Below, one piece after another: positions 20,251 through 28,249 of a stretch of DNA of 32,503 nt. The notes below the pieces were generated by a model. It was not told the origin of the DNA and did not search any database. It was given only the letters and a program-made list of their open reading frames with translations. This DNA comes from a virus. Taxonomy: Duplodnaviria; Caudoviricetes. The stretch spans positions 1 to 32,503 of the IMG/VR virus record IMGVR_UViG_3300032250_000069. The stretch is one strand, 5' to 3'. The translations under genes were made by a program, and so were the position numbers. Numbering within the stretch: position 1 is the stretch's first letter; each line of letters opens with the position of its first letter.

Positions 20251-20407
20251 CACAATCATCCTTATCTTCAACAGTAGGTCTATCAGCTTTCTTAATGTAT
20301 TTGTTTTTCTTACGTTGGTTCTCTAATGCTATACGTTTCTCCTCACGTTCCTTTTCGTTTAGTTCTGCAACAACCATAAGTTGTTGTACTATGATGCTGA
20401 AGTCCAT
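20243..20407 (-). CDS. Hypothetical 54-aa charged protein (not in ORF track)
   Basis: MDFSIIVQQLMVVAELNEKEREEK...DDCDE; GAGG SD; fills the gap and overlaps the TraR-like start. Confidence 0.6.
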   Translation of the reverse strand: MDFSIIVQQLMVVAELNEKEREEKRIALENQRKKNKYIKKADRPTVEDKDDCDE

Positions 20408-20408
20408 G

Positions 20409-20831
20409 CTAGACCTCGACCTTATAAAATTTTACGTACGACCAGTCAACATCAACGGCTTTCTTTATTGGATTAACTAATGTCCACGTCTCGATAGTTA
20501 CCATTTCGTCATCAGCTACTGGGCATGTATGGCTACCATCATGCTTGCACCATCCATACCCTAACCCATCATTACCATTAGTGCCTACTATGTCCATACG
20601 TTTTTCATTCCATTCATCACTTGCACTCATATACAATCCTTTCAATCTACCAAGTTGACCTTTCAATCTACGAAGCTCACGCTCTAACACATGTTCTGTC
20701 TTGTACGACTGATTATTTTTTATACGATATACTATCCAAAGACTAACGCCCTCATCAATAGCAACTACTTTAGGGCGTTGTCCTGCGGATAACTTACTGC
20801 GTATACGTATTACAGTATCATAATCTATCAT
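20409..20831 (-). CDS. Hypothetical protein with N-terminal HTH-like region; possible internal start at 20630
   Basis: PKVVAIDEGVSLWIVYRIK is HTH-like; ATGA overlap with the upstream gene. Confidence 0.6.
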   Translation of the reverse strand: MIDYDTVIRIRSKLSAGQRPKVVAIDEGVSLWIVYRIKNNQSYKTEHVLERELRRLKGQLGRLKGLYMSASDEWNEKRMDIVGTNGNDGLGYGWCKHDGSHTCPVADDEMVTIETWTLVNPIKKAVDVDWSYVKFYKVEV

Positions 20832-21622
20832 CCAAATACTCCAAAGCGTCTACGTAATTCACGACTGTAAGTACTCTGTAAATTTTTGGCTGTTTTTAGT
20901 AACTGTGCAACAAGTTGTGGCGTAGTTGAATTTAGCCATCCATACCTTTCTGATTGTGCAATACCTTTAAGTAGTACTACGGGTATGTTACCAGTATCAA
21001 TAGCATTAACCCATATAGACATCCATTCTTCTGAACCCCAGTCAGGTTGTTCCCATCTACCTGCACCTCTTCGTTCTCTTTGTATTTGCTCAACTACAGT
21101 ATTGCATACACCTATCCTAGCACGTACTTGTAGTGCTTTGTTATAGGCTTTGATTTTACGTAACCATATCTTACGCTTCTCTGGTACAACAGTACTAATC
21201 TCTGATACCCTTGGGTTCATACAAGTGTTAGTGTTAAGGTCAAACTTTATACCTTTATATATCTCATACTTCGGACTAGCATCTAGCTTTTCTGATATGT
21301 CTTTCCAGTATCCACTAAATGTATTCTCATCTATTAGCCGTACCTCATACACCCCTGTCGACCTACGTGTCCAGTGAAATGGTAGGTGTCTGTGCAAAGC
21401 TTGCGCTAATGTAACCGCATGAGACCTAGCTTCATGCCCATTACAAACAATCTCCAACGTGTTGTCAGGTCTGAATACAAACATTTCTATACCATATACA
21501 TTTACCACAAGAGAATCATCTGAGTGTTTATACATACGTGCCCAGTTAGTAATAGGCTTACCCTTATCAGGCCAACGTGCTGTGTTAAATGCTGTTAGTG
21601 CTTCGCTGTATGACTTAATCAT
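20828..21622 (-). CDS. Hypothetical protein
   Basis: 264-aa ORF, AAGGA SD, operon packing. Confidence 0.75.
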   Translation of the reverse strand: MIKSYSEALTAFNTARWPDKGKPITNWARMYKHSDDSLVVNVYGIEMFVFRPDNTLEIVCNGHEARSHAVTLAQALHRHLPFHWTRRSTGVYEVRLIDENTFSGYWKDISEKLDASPKYEIYKGIKFDLNTNTCMNPRVSEISTVVPEKRKIWLRKIKAYNKALQVRARIGVCNTVVEQIQRERRGAGRWEQPDWGSEEWMSIWVNAIDTGNIPVVLLKGIAQSERYGWLNSTTPQLVAQLLKTAKNLQSTYSRELRRRFGVFG

Positions 21623-21637
21623 TTCATATCCTTTATG

Positions 21638-21859
21638 TTATTTAACTATCTCAACTTCTGCTTCAGTCTCAAGCCAGACTTTAGCACCACATGACAAGGG
21701 TTTATCAGGACTGTATACAATCTTAGAGCTACCTTTGATAAGCACCTCGTGTGCATAGGTGTTAGACTTATATGTCTTAACAGTAAGAACAGGTTCGCTT
21801 GTATTGTTCTTACTGTTAGCTTTGATTACGTGTTGGTTCACGTGTATATAAGTTTTCAT
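21638..21859 (-). CDS. Conserved small phage protein
   Basis: IHVNQHVI and PDKPLSCGAKVWLET motifs recalled from phage hypothetical proteins. Confidence 0.7.
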   Translation of the reverse strand: MKTYIHVNQHVIKANSKNNTSEPVLTVKTYKSNTYAHEVLIKGSSKIVYSPDKPLSCGAKVWLETEAEVEIVK

Positions 21860-21861
21860 GA

Positions 21862-22485
21862 CTACTTAGTTAGCTTGTGCATGACTACAATAGTTGTCAG
21901 CTTAGTCAAGTCCATGTCCATAACAACTTCATTCTTAACACGCTCAGTAACTAGCTTGTGTCTTGCTTGGGTAGCCTCAGGTAGCAAGTCCCACAATGGA
22001 GGCCATGCTTTTAGTGCAGGTGCAAGGGTAGGATACGTATTAATAATCTTCTCAACTGCTTTTACAAAGTCCTCACATTCATTATCTATCTGTCTTACTT
22101 TTGCTATATGACCATAGATTTCACTAGCTACATCACCCCATTGGTTGTCATCAGTTATCGATAGCTCACTGCGCCATGAATTTTGACTGATAAGTAAGTT
22201 TTGTGGGTTTTGTCGTGGGAATTTGTAGTCACGTGCCAGTTTAAACCTGAGTGATACATCAGATGTACCGAACTTAGTCACCAATATTTCACTTCGCATA
22301 TCAAAGAACTCATTAGGTAATGCGTTCATGTGTGGCATGTACTGTGCATACGCTCGATTGTAAATGGTATCGAACCATTCATTCTTTACCGCTAAATTTA
22401 ATCTATCTTTCTTGACTAGAAATATATTTCTAGCGATAGATATTATGTTGTTCTGTAATTCTTTACGGAATTTTACTGTTGCCAT
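21862..22485 (-). CDS. Nmad5-like protein (putative)
   Basis: C-terminal TLAPALKAWPPLWDLLPE after a helical segment; GAGGAG SD. Confidence 0.5.
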   Translation of the reverse strand: MATVKFRKELQNNIISIARNIFLVKKDRLNLAVKNEWFDTIYNRAYAQYMPHMNALPNEFFDMRSEILVTKFGTSDVSLRFKLARDYKFPRQNPQNLLISQNSWRSELSITDDNQWGDVASEIYGHIAKVRQIDNECEDFVKAVEKIINTYPTLAPALKAWPPLWDLLPEATQARHKLVTERVKNEVVMDMDLTKLTTIVVMHKLTK

Positions 22486-22490
22486 CTGTA

Positions 22491-23084
22491 TTACTCCTCA
22501 TTGTCATCGTTGTTAATGTGCCAGTCATTGGCTACTATTGTTTCTGCTACTGCTTCATTACTAACTAAGTAGTCATAGGTATCACTAAGTCTGCTATATA
22601 GTTCGCCCATACTATCTTTTAAAAACTCAATAGCTTCTGCTTCAAACTTACCAACTTCCTTGTCTAGTTCCTCATCCATTATGCGGATTATATTTTCATG
22701 AAACTCTGTTGGTGCTGATACCACCTGCCAAAATGGTTCAACCTCATACTCCCAACAAATACTATTTGAATGGTAGTAGTGCCCTCTGTGTTCTATCTTT
22801 AAACTTATAGAGCCACCATTACGTACAAGATTATTCATCATGGGATAACCCTGAAAGTTATTGAGGAATGTTTCGCTGTCCTCAACTCTACCCTCAAAGC
22901 AAGCACCATCACCTTGAGACCAAAAGCCACTGAAGTATATGTTATCAACACGCACCCCAATGGCTTTCATATCCTCAATAAATGCTTGGTACACATCATC
23001 ATACCAATCACAATAATCTACATTACATTCTCTGTATTTTTCTATCAGAGCTTCGCTTACTAATGCTAACGCTGTTGCCATCAA
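22491..23084 (-). CDS. Acidic conserved protein with SGFWSQGDGA motif
   Basis: DWYD and IYFSGFWSQGDGACFEG; D/E-rich; GGAGG SD. Confidence 0.7.
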   Translation of the reverse strand: MMATALALVSEALIEKYRECNVDYCDWYDDVYQAFIEDMKAIGVRVDNIYFSGFWSQGDGACFEGRVEDSETFLNNFQGYPMMNNLVRNGGSISLKIEHRGHYYHSNSICWEYEVEPFWQVVSAPTEFHENIIRIMDEELDKEVGKFEAEAIEFLKDSMGELYSRLSDTYDYLVSNEAVAETIVANDWHINNDDNEE

Positions 23085-23235
23085 GTGTTACCTCCGCATG
23101 TTTAGTTGCTATATCAGTTAGAAGTCGAGACACACAAATCCTAAATTTCCTATGCTTCTCTGATACCTCATACAATTTCCACAAAAGTACAAGGTATCCA
23201 GTAATAACTATTGCCGCTACATCATAACTATTCAT
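23023..23235 (-). CDS. Small membrane protein
   Basis: AAGGAG SD; hydrophobic segment VAAIVITGYLVLLW; overlaps the next gene by ~60 nt. Confidence 0.55.
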   Translation of the reverse strand: MNSYDVAAIVITGYLVLLWKLYEVSEKHRKFRICVSRLLTDIATKHAEVTLDGNSVSISKRSSDRKIQRM

Positions 23236-23245
23236 ACGTTCTCCT

Positions 23246-24385
23246 TTACATCATTACGACTTCACCCCATGGGGCTTGGTCTGAATGGTTAGATACCCAT
23301 AGTACTGGGTAGTCAGGCTCATCACCAAAATCATTACAACACAAGTCTGTCAGTACGATACAGGCTACTGGCTCAATGTTGTTGTCAGTTATGTACTTGA
23401 AGATAGGACTGAAAGCTGTACCGCCACCACCATGTGGTGAAATTACTACATCTTCATCACGGGTAAACTTATCGTAGTGTGATACCTCGCTATCAAAGTA
23501 CACTACATGAATTGCTAGTGGGTTACATTCATCTTTGCTTGACTGTACTTCAGCGGCAAACTGATTGATAGTATCTTGGTCAATAGAACCTGAGCAGTCT
23601 ACGGCAAACAGTATCTCACCCATTGCTTCACCACTCACACTGGGCAAGTACAATCCTTGTGATACGAAACGTCTATTGAACCTAGCAAATGAACGCTCAT
23701 CATTACGTGCTTTGGATATAAATCTACGCAACACATCACGCCAATCTACCTTAGGTGCAAGCACAGACTCAACCAGTCGTGCCATGTTAGCTGACAACTG
23801 ACCCATCATCTTAGCAGCTTGAGCTGCTTGTGCTACACGTACTTTCCATTCAGCTTGTTGTTGTGCTTGGTCGGCAGGTGTACCACCACTATCTTCACAG
23901 TCATCCATTGGGTCATTACCCTCATCATTATCAGGCAAGATGTTGTAGATACCGTCTGTTGTACCACCACCTGCATCATAGATTGCTTTGTTAAGCAAGC
24001 CACCTTGAGGCATCTTACCAATGTTCTCATCACTCAGTAGCTGATTGATTACGTAGTCACCTGCTTGGTTAAACTTACGATGGTTGCGCCCTCGTATACG
24101 TGTTGGATGTTCAAGCATAGGATGGAAGCACTCATGTGCAATCACAAACTTACGTTCCTCATCAGTCTTGTCAGCCATAAACCATGGGTTGTATCGTATC
24201 TCATGCCCATTAGTTGCCGCTGTCTTAATGGTATAGTCCAACTTAACTGGTAGGTTAAGCGCAATGTTACCAATGAAAGCGTGTTCAAGTACCAGTGAGG
24301 TACGTGCCTTAGCCATGCTACGTATTAGCTTGGCTTCCTCATCAGGTGTCATCATTTTAATTTCTTCTTGTGGTGCGAGTTGCAT
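23246..24385 (-). CDS. DUF2201-type metallopeptidase-like + vWA domain protein
   Basis: TAATNG, AHECFH (HExxH), DYVIN; MIDAS DCSGS, GGGGT, LTD. Confidence 0.9.
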   Translation of the reverse strand: MQLAPQEEIKMMTPDEEAKLIRSMAKARTSLVLEHAFIGNIALNLPVKLDYTIKTAATNGHEIRYNPWFMADKTDEERKFVIAHECFHPMLEHPTRIRGRNHRKFNQAGDYVINQLLSDENIGKMPQGGLLNKAIYDAGGGTTDGIYNILPDNDEGNDPMDDCEDSGGTPADQAQQQAEWKVRVAQAAQAAKMMGQLSANMARLVESVLAPKVDWRDVLRRFISKARNDERSFARFNRRFVSQGLYLPSVSGEAMGEILFAVDCSGSIDQDTINQFAAEVQSSKDECNPLAIHVVYFDSEVSHYDKFTRDEDVVISPHGGGGTAFSPIFKYITDNNIEPVACIVLTDLCCNDFGDEPDYPVLWVSNHSDQAPWGEVVMM

Positions 24386-24462
24386 TATTTAATCCTCCAT
24401 AATAACCAATAACAAATCATGCCAGTAATGTAACCAGCAATAAAATCCCAATTCAATTCCAT
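24385..24462 (-). CDS. 25-aa hydrophobic peptide MELNWDFIAGYITGMICYWLLWRIK (not in ORF track)
   Basis: TAATG stop/start overlap at both ends; GGGAG SD. Confidence 0.6.
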   Translation of the reverse strand: MELNWDFIAGYITGMICYWLLWRIK

Positions 24463-25310
24463 TACGCTACTCCCATAAACGATTTCATTTTATCCATGAT
24501 AGCCTTAGCTTCATCAGCAGTATCACGGCGCAAGTCTGGGTCATTTCTCAATGCCTCAGGATGTTTAAACAACTTAGCTTCAACTTGTTGTCGCATCTGT
24601 TCCAAGTGTGGGTCATCAGCAAAGTTCAGTCGTGGCAACAGTGCACATAACTCACGGGTATTTTCTACCAAGCTATCACGGAAGATAGCACTAGGGTCAG
24701 CGAGCTTCTCAGCCATGTTCTTAACACGTTCATACAGTCTATTCCATGCTTCGTTCATAGCTGTAGCTTGTGCTGTCTTAACACGTGCCTCAACATCTTG
24801 TTGGATACGTGACAGTTCATCACTTGCAATCTGCACACGGAAGTCTGTTGCAGGTACAGGGAATATTGCCATGTCCATCTTGAACTTAGCCTTAATCTCA
24901 TCAACTGTTGGATAGTCAGCCTCACTATACATACTACCTAGCAAGCGTTTAGCATCAGACTTAAGCCTAGGGTAGTCCCATACAAAGCGGTTAACCAACA
25001 ACTCCCATTCAGATTTTTCCTTACGGAACTCAGTCATAAAGCGTAGGTAGTTAGCTGTCGGTAGCATCATAGTACCCTCGATACCCCATGGCAGTGTGTT
25101 CTCATAAAACTTACCGCGAATGTGAGTAGTCTTCTTATGTACGTTATCCAACATATCATTCATTGGTAACAGCGACTTGTTGTAGCGACCAACACCACTG
25201 GCTACACCATTGGCACTGGCTACTTCTTGTGTTACTTTCTTGTCATACTTACGTGCAGTCCATTGAGATACTGACATCTGCACAAGTAATGCTCGGTCAT
25301 TAAGGTTCAT
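24462..25310 (-). CDS. DUF3150-like helical protein of the AAA-vWA module
   Basis: TLPW, YP and F motif pattern; AGGAGG SD; lies between the AAA and vWA genes. Confidence 0.6.
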   Translation of the reverse strand: MNLNDRALLVQMSVSQWTARKYDKKVTQEVASANGVASGVGRYNKSLLPMNDMLDNVHKKTTHIRGKFYENTLPWGIEGTMMLPTANYLRFMTEFRKEKSEWELLVNRFVWDYPRLKSDAKRLLGSMYSEADYPTVDEIKAKFKMDMAIFPVPATDFRVQIASDELSRIQQDVEARVKTAQATAMNEAWNRLYERVKNMAEKLADPSAIFRDSLVENTRELCALLPRLNFADDPHLEQMRQQVEAKLFKHPEALRNDPDLRRDTADEAKAIMDKMKSFMGVA

Positions 25311-25326
25311 AACATCCTCCTAAAGA

Positions 25327-25344
25327 GAGGGGCATGTGCCCCTC
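25327..25344 (-). promoter_or_regulatory. Intergenic hairpin GAGGGGC-N4-GCCCCTC
   Basis: Perfect 7-bp stem just 5' of the AGGAGG SD; same stem as at 13234-13251. Confidence 0.5.
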
Positions 25345-25350
25345 AGTTGA

Positions 25351-26337
25351 TTAAAATAGTACGTCTTGGTGTGCCATAGCCCACTTCGTAAACGCTTGAG
25401 TGTTAGTCAAGTCAGGGTTCTTACGTGCCGCATAGCTAATTGACAGTACACTAAACTCAGCGGGCATACGTTCTGCATAGGTAGTAACTCTGTCAAAGTT
25501 GTTTTCAGTTGCACGTTCAGCAATCGCACCACTCAAGGCATACAATGTTGCAGGGTCTGTTGGTACGTCTGCTGTCTTAGGGTTAAGCAAGATTGCATCA
25601 GGGTTAGGTAGCTTACGGAAGATACGCATAAAGCCAACAAACTCTGCCGCAGCACCCTCACCTACTGCACCCTTAAAGCACTCATACTCTGCTTCAGTTG
25701 GTACTGTACCTAGTACATCACTAACACCCTCAACCCATGAACGAGGTGTAGCGTTCTGGTCTCGTTGTGCATCGAAGTCATGTAACAGGTTAGGTCTGAA
25801 GCGGATAAAGCTAACAACCTCTGGTCGTACACCATGCTCAATAGCCCATGTAGTCCAGTCGTCAAGGTGTGTCTCAAGCTCAAGCACAGTCTCACGGTTA
25901 CGTAGATGGCTTAGTACACGATTAGCACCTGCTCTATCAGACTGTCGGTTACCTGTTGATACCACCATCCAACCATCAGGCATTGGGATACCATGCAATG
26001 TTCGTGCTTGGCAGATGTTGGCTAGTACCTTTTGCAAGTCAGGGTTAGCTTGGTTACGGTCATCAAACAACAAGATGCCACGTTCAGGTGCTTTGCCTTT
26101 GACTGGAAACCAATCAGGTATACGGTACGTTAAGCCTTGTTCACCATGTGGGAACATAATACCGAAGTCTTCTACCAACATAGTTGGCATGTGACGCTCA
26201 ACAACAGGTACGTCTAGCTCATGACCTACCTCATGCACCACTGTTGTCTTACCACCACCGGGACTACCCTCGATACATACTGTACGTTGGATTGGATAGA
26301 GTGACTTCAGTGTATCTTTCAATAGTGTGGCTCGCAT
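25351..26337 (-). CDS. MoxR/CbbQ-like AAA+ ATPase
   Basis: Walker A GSPGGGKT, Walker B ILLFDD, sensor-1 TGN, LRNR arginine finger, TPRSW sensor-2. Confidence 0.9.
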   Translation of the reverse strand: MRATLLKDTLKSLYPIQRTVCIEGSPGGGKTTVVHEVGHELDVPVVERHMPTMLVEDFGIMFPHGEQGLTYRIPDWFPVKGKAPERGILLFDDRNQANPDLQKVLANICQARTLHGIPMPDGWMVVSTGNRQSDRAGANRVLSHLRNRETVLELETHLDDWTTWAIEHGVRPEVVSFIRFRPNLLHDFDAQRDQNATPRSWVEGVSDVLGTVPTEAEYECFKGAVGEGAAAEFVGFMRIFRKLPNPDAILLNPKTADVPTDPATLYALSGAIAERATENNFDRVTTYAERMPAEFSVLSISYAARKNPDLTNTQAFTKWAMAHQDVLF

Positions 26338-26516
26338 TACTTTTCTCCTTTGTAGAGTTTATGGTCACTGCCTAGTGTGACGAAGTATGTATTCTCGTCA
26401 GTCGTTAGTGTTGAGCGGTACTGACGTGCCGCTTCCTTGCTTGAGAAGTAGACAACTTGGTTGTTGTCATCCTTTACCAGTTTATAATTAACATCACGCA
26501 GTGCGAATAGCTTCAT
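26337..26516 (-). CDS. Hypothetical 59-aa protein (not in ORF track)
   Basis: MKLFALRDVNYKLVKDD...LGSDHKLYKGEK; TAAGGA SD; TAATG coupling to the AAA gene. Confidence 0.7.
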   Translation of the reverse strand: MKLFALRDVNYKLVKDDNNQVVYFSSKEAARQYRSTLTTDENTYFVTLGSDHKLYKGEK

Positions 26517-26530
26517 TTGTTTTCCTTAAG

Positions 26531-26887
26531 TTAGTAATTACGTAACACCTCAATGGTGTTGTTGTCACGGTTAATCATGGTTGTTACTGAACCCAAACCC
26601 CACGTTCTTATAGCCCAACTGCATATGGAACTACGTATTGACTCGACTGGTAAGTCGTTGAATGGTATTGCTACCACATTGCCAATAGCTAACTTCTTCA
26701 TAGCAGACTCGTACACTTTGAGGCAACTACCCCTCGGTACTCTGGCTACTCGTTTGTGTTGTATTACTGCAAGGTCACCATACTCCAGTTTGTTGTCACC
26801 ATCTGGTATGACTATCTTGAACTGAGCGTTAAGCCCTTTAAGTAAACCTAGGAACTTATCCAGTTCCCGTTGTTGAATCGACATCAT
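26531..26887 (-). CDS. Hypothetical protein
   Basis: GGAGG SD, 118 aa. Confidence 0.7.
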   Translation of the reverse strand: MMSIQQRELDKFLGLLKGLNAQFKIVIPDGDNKLEYGDLAVIQHKRVARVPRGSCLKVYESAMKKLAIGNVVAIPFNDLPVESIRSSICSWAIRTWGLGSVTTMINRDNNTIEVLRNY

Positions 26888-26920
26888 TGTGCTACCTCCG
26901 TCATAGTTAAGTTACGTTAT

Positions 26921-26961
26921 CGGTACAAGTACCGTGCTAGTACTCTCATTGAAAGCACTAG
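26921..26961 (-). other. Tandem intergenic hairpins (candidate structured RNA or processing site)
   Basis: CUAGUGCUUUC-AAU-GAGAGUACUAG (two G-U pairs on the - strand), then CGGUA-CUUG-UACCG. Confidence 0.5.
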
Positions 26962-26972
26962 ACCAGTCTGCA

Positions 26973-27251
26973 CTAGATTCGTATACCAAAGCGTTTCTTG
27001 TAGATATAACTTCTAGCCTGTTCGTACAGTTCTTTGTACGTATAATCATCTGACAAATCCAGTATTGCAGTTAGCTCATCTAACACTGCTAACACCTCAT
27101 CACTTACTGCCTTGTTATTTAGATTTTTTGCTACGTCATCAATTATCTTTGAGATAGTGCTATCAGATAACACCTCACCGCTATACTCCCTAACTACTTC
27201 ACCAGATGGTGTCCTCACTACAAAAAACATATCTACGCTAAAATCTTCCAT
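26973..27251 (-). CDS. Hypothetical protein
   Basis: TAATG overlap with the upstream gene; AGGGGG SD. Confidence 0.65.
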   Translation of the reverse strand: MEDFSVDMFFVVRTPSGEVVREYSGEVLSDSTISKIIDDVAKNLNNKAVSDEVLAVLDELTAILDLSDDYTYKELYEQARSYIYKKRFGIRI

Positions 27252-27463
27252 TATTTCATTCCCCCTTTGTGTGAACTGTTTAACCCAACTAATAACTGCA
27301 TGTCTGTAACCACGATGTAGTTACTCTTGGGTAGTGGTACGATTGTATGTCTTACTGCTTTAGCTTGCTTGTCACCACATGCTAGACAAGTGCTATAACC
27401 CAACTTCCAACGTGCTGTCAGCACATGGTCACCACACTTGTTACATAAGTTCTTCCATTCCAT
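27251..27463 (-). CDS. Small zinc-ribbon protein
   Basis: CNKC and CLAC; PLPKSNY. Confidence 0.75.
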   Translation of the reverse strand: MEWKNLCNKCGDHVLTARWKLGYSTCLACGDKQAKAVRHTIVPLPKSNYIVVTDMQLLVGLNSSHKGGMK

Positions 27464-27471
27464 AAGTCAAA

Positions 27472-27496
27472 AGGCAGTATTGCTACTGCCTCCTCC
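27472..27496 (-). repeat. SD-hairpin element family A, copy 1 (GGAGG AGGCAGTA-GCAA-TACTGCCT)
   Basis: Identical 25-mer at 27771-27795; 8 nt from the hairpin to the ATG at 27463. Confidence 0.9.
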
Positions 27497-27504
27497 GTAG
27501 TTGT

Positions 27505-27762
27505 TTATATCACACTGAACGTGTCATCATCCTCATAAAACCAGCTAGTGTAAGTGTAGATGCTACCCTCAACACTAAAGTACTGACCATGCACAGTTTC
27601 GCTATCTTCCTCAAGCCCCACTTCCTCAAGGCTCAAGAACTCAACACAGTCCTCCCAGTGCATCTGGTCAACTAGGTCTAACTCATCAGCAACATACTGA
27701 TGGTAGGGTACATTTGCTTCTGCTACTACTTCAACTACTTCCTCATAAAAATCAGGGTACAT
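27505..27762 (-). CDS. Highly acidic 85-aa early protein (start revised to 27762)
   Basis: ATG 8 nt after the SD-hairpin element; 23 D/E and no K or R. Confidence 0.7.
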   Translation of the reverse strand: MYPDFYEEVVEVVAEANVPYHQYVADELDLVDQMHWEDCVEFLSLEEVGLEEDSETVHGQYFSVEGSIYTYTSWFYEDDDTFSVI

Positions 27763-27770
27763 AAGTTCAT

Positions 27771-27795
27771 AGGCAGTATTGCTACTGCCTCCTCC
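27771..27795 (-). repeat. SD-hairpin element family A, copy 2
   Basis: Identical to 27472-27496; 8 nt to the ATG at 27762. Confidence 0.9.
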
Positions 27796-27808
27796 ATGGT
27801 TAATGATA

Positions 27809-28075
27809 TTAAAACAACTTCTTCTTCTCAACAGTACCTGCTAAAGTACCTTCGACAAACTGCAAACCCTTAAGGTCGTCACACTTAAGGTACAAAGCAC
27901 CACCTGCTTGTGGTGGCACAGATGCTCTGATTGTTTCATTGGACTTAACAGACGATGTAACCTTTTGTACTGTTAACCCACTGAACGTACCGTTCTCATT
28001 CACCTTTGAGGCTGTAACCTCAATGTAAAACGTAATTGGTTTGATTGACTTCTTCAATGTAGCTGTAATAGCCAT
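27809..28075 (-). CDS. Early protein, paralog 1 (VNENGTFSG...EKKKLF)
   Basis: AGGAG SD; clear paralog of 29294..29557. Confidence 0.8.
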   Translation of the reverse strand: MAITATLKKSIKPITFYIEVTASKVNENGTFSGLTVQKVTSSVKSNETIRASVPPQAGGALYLKCDDLKGLQFVEGTLAGTVEKKKLF

Positions 28076-28143
28076 AATAACTACTCCTAAAGTGATAAAT
28101 AAAATAAATATAATAACAACCTGACTAGGTCAGGTCAGGTTTC

Positions 28144-28171
28144 AGATTAGCACGGACTCGAAATCCGACAA
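28144..28171 (-). promoter_or_regulatory. Early promoter 1: TTGTCG-16-TAATCT with extended -10 TGn
   Basis: Same layout as 29617-29644 (ACTTTTTGTC...AATCTGAAA), upstream of the paralogous gene. Confidence 0.6.
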
Positions 28172-28181
28172 AAAGTTTAAA

Positions 28182-28194
28182 AATCAACGACTTA
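28182..28194 (+). promoter_or_regulatory. IHF-consensus site
   Basis: AATCAACGACTTA matches WATCAANNNNTTR; lies between the promoter and the repeat region. Confidence 0.45.
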
Positions 28195-28249
28195 GCGAGG
28201 CTCGCCTTACAAAAACAAATACTTGTATGTATTTGAGTATGGTTTTGGG

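Noticed and set aside
22491-23084. Toxin-antitoxin system (this family is, from recall, sometimes labelled 'antitoxin')
   Set aside because: No recognisable cognate toxin is adjacent, and nothing in the sequence supports the label.
25499-26194. 231-aa antisense ORF, and similar ones (e.g. 9378..9950, 3541..4023, 24496..24915, 30721..31104)
   Set aside because: Shadow frames opposite well-supported genes, with no recognisable motifs or clear RBS.
27763-27831. ORF-track N-terminal extension MRRRSCF... of the acidic protein
   Set aside because: It overlaps the upstream gene and runs through the SD-hairpin element; the ATG at 27762 fits the repeated geometry.
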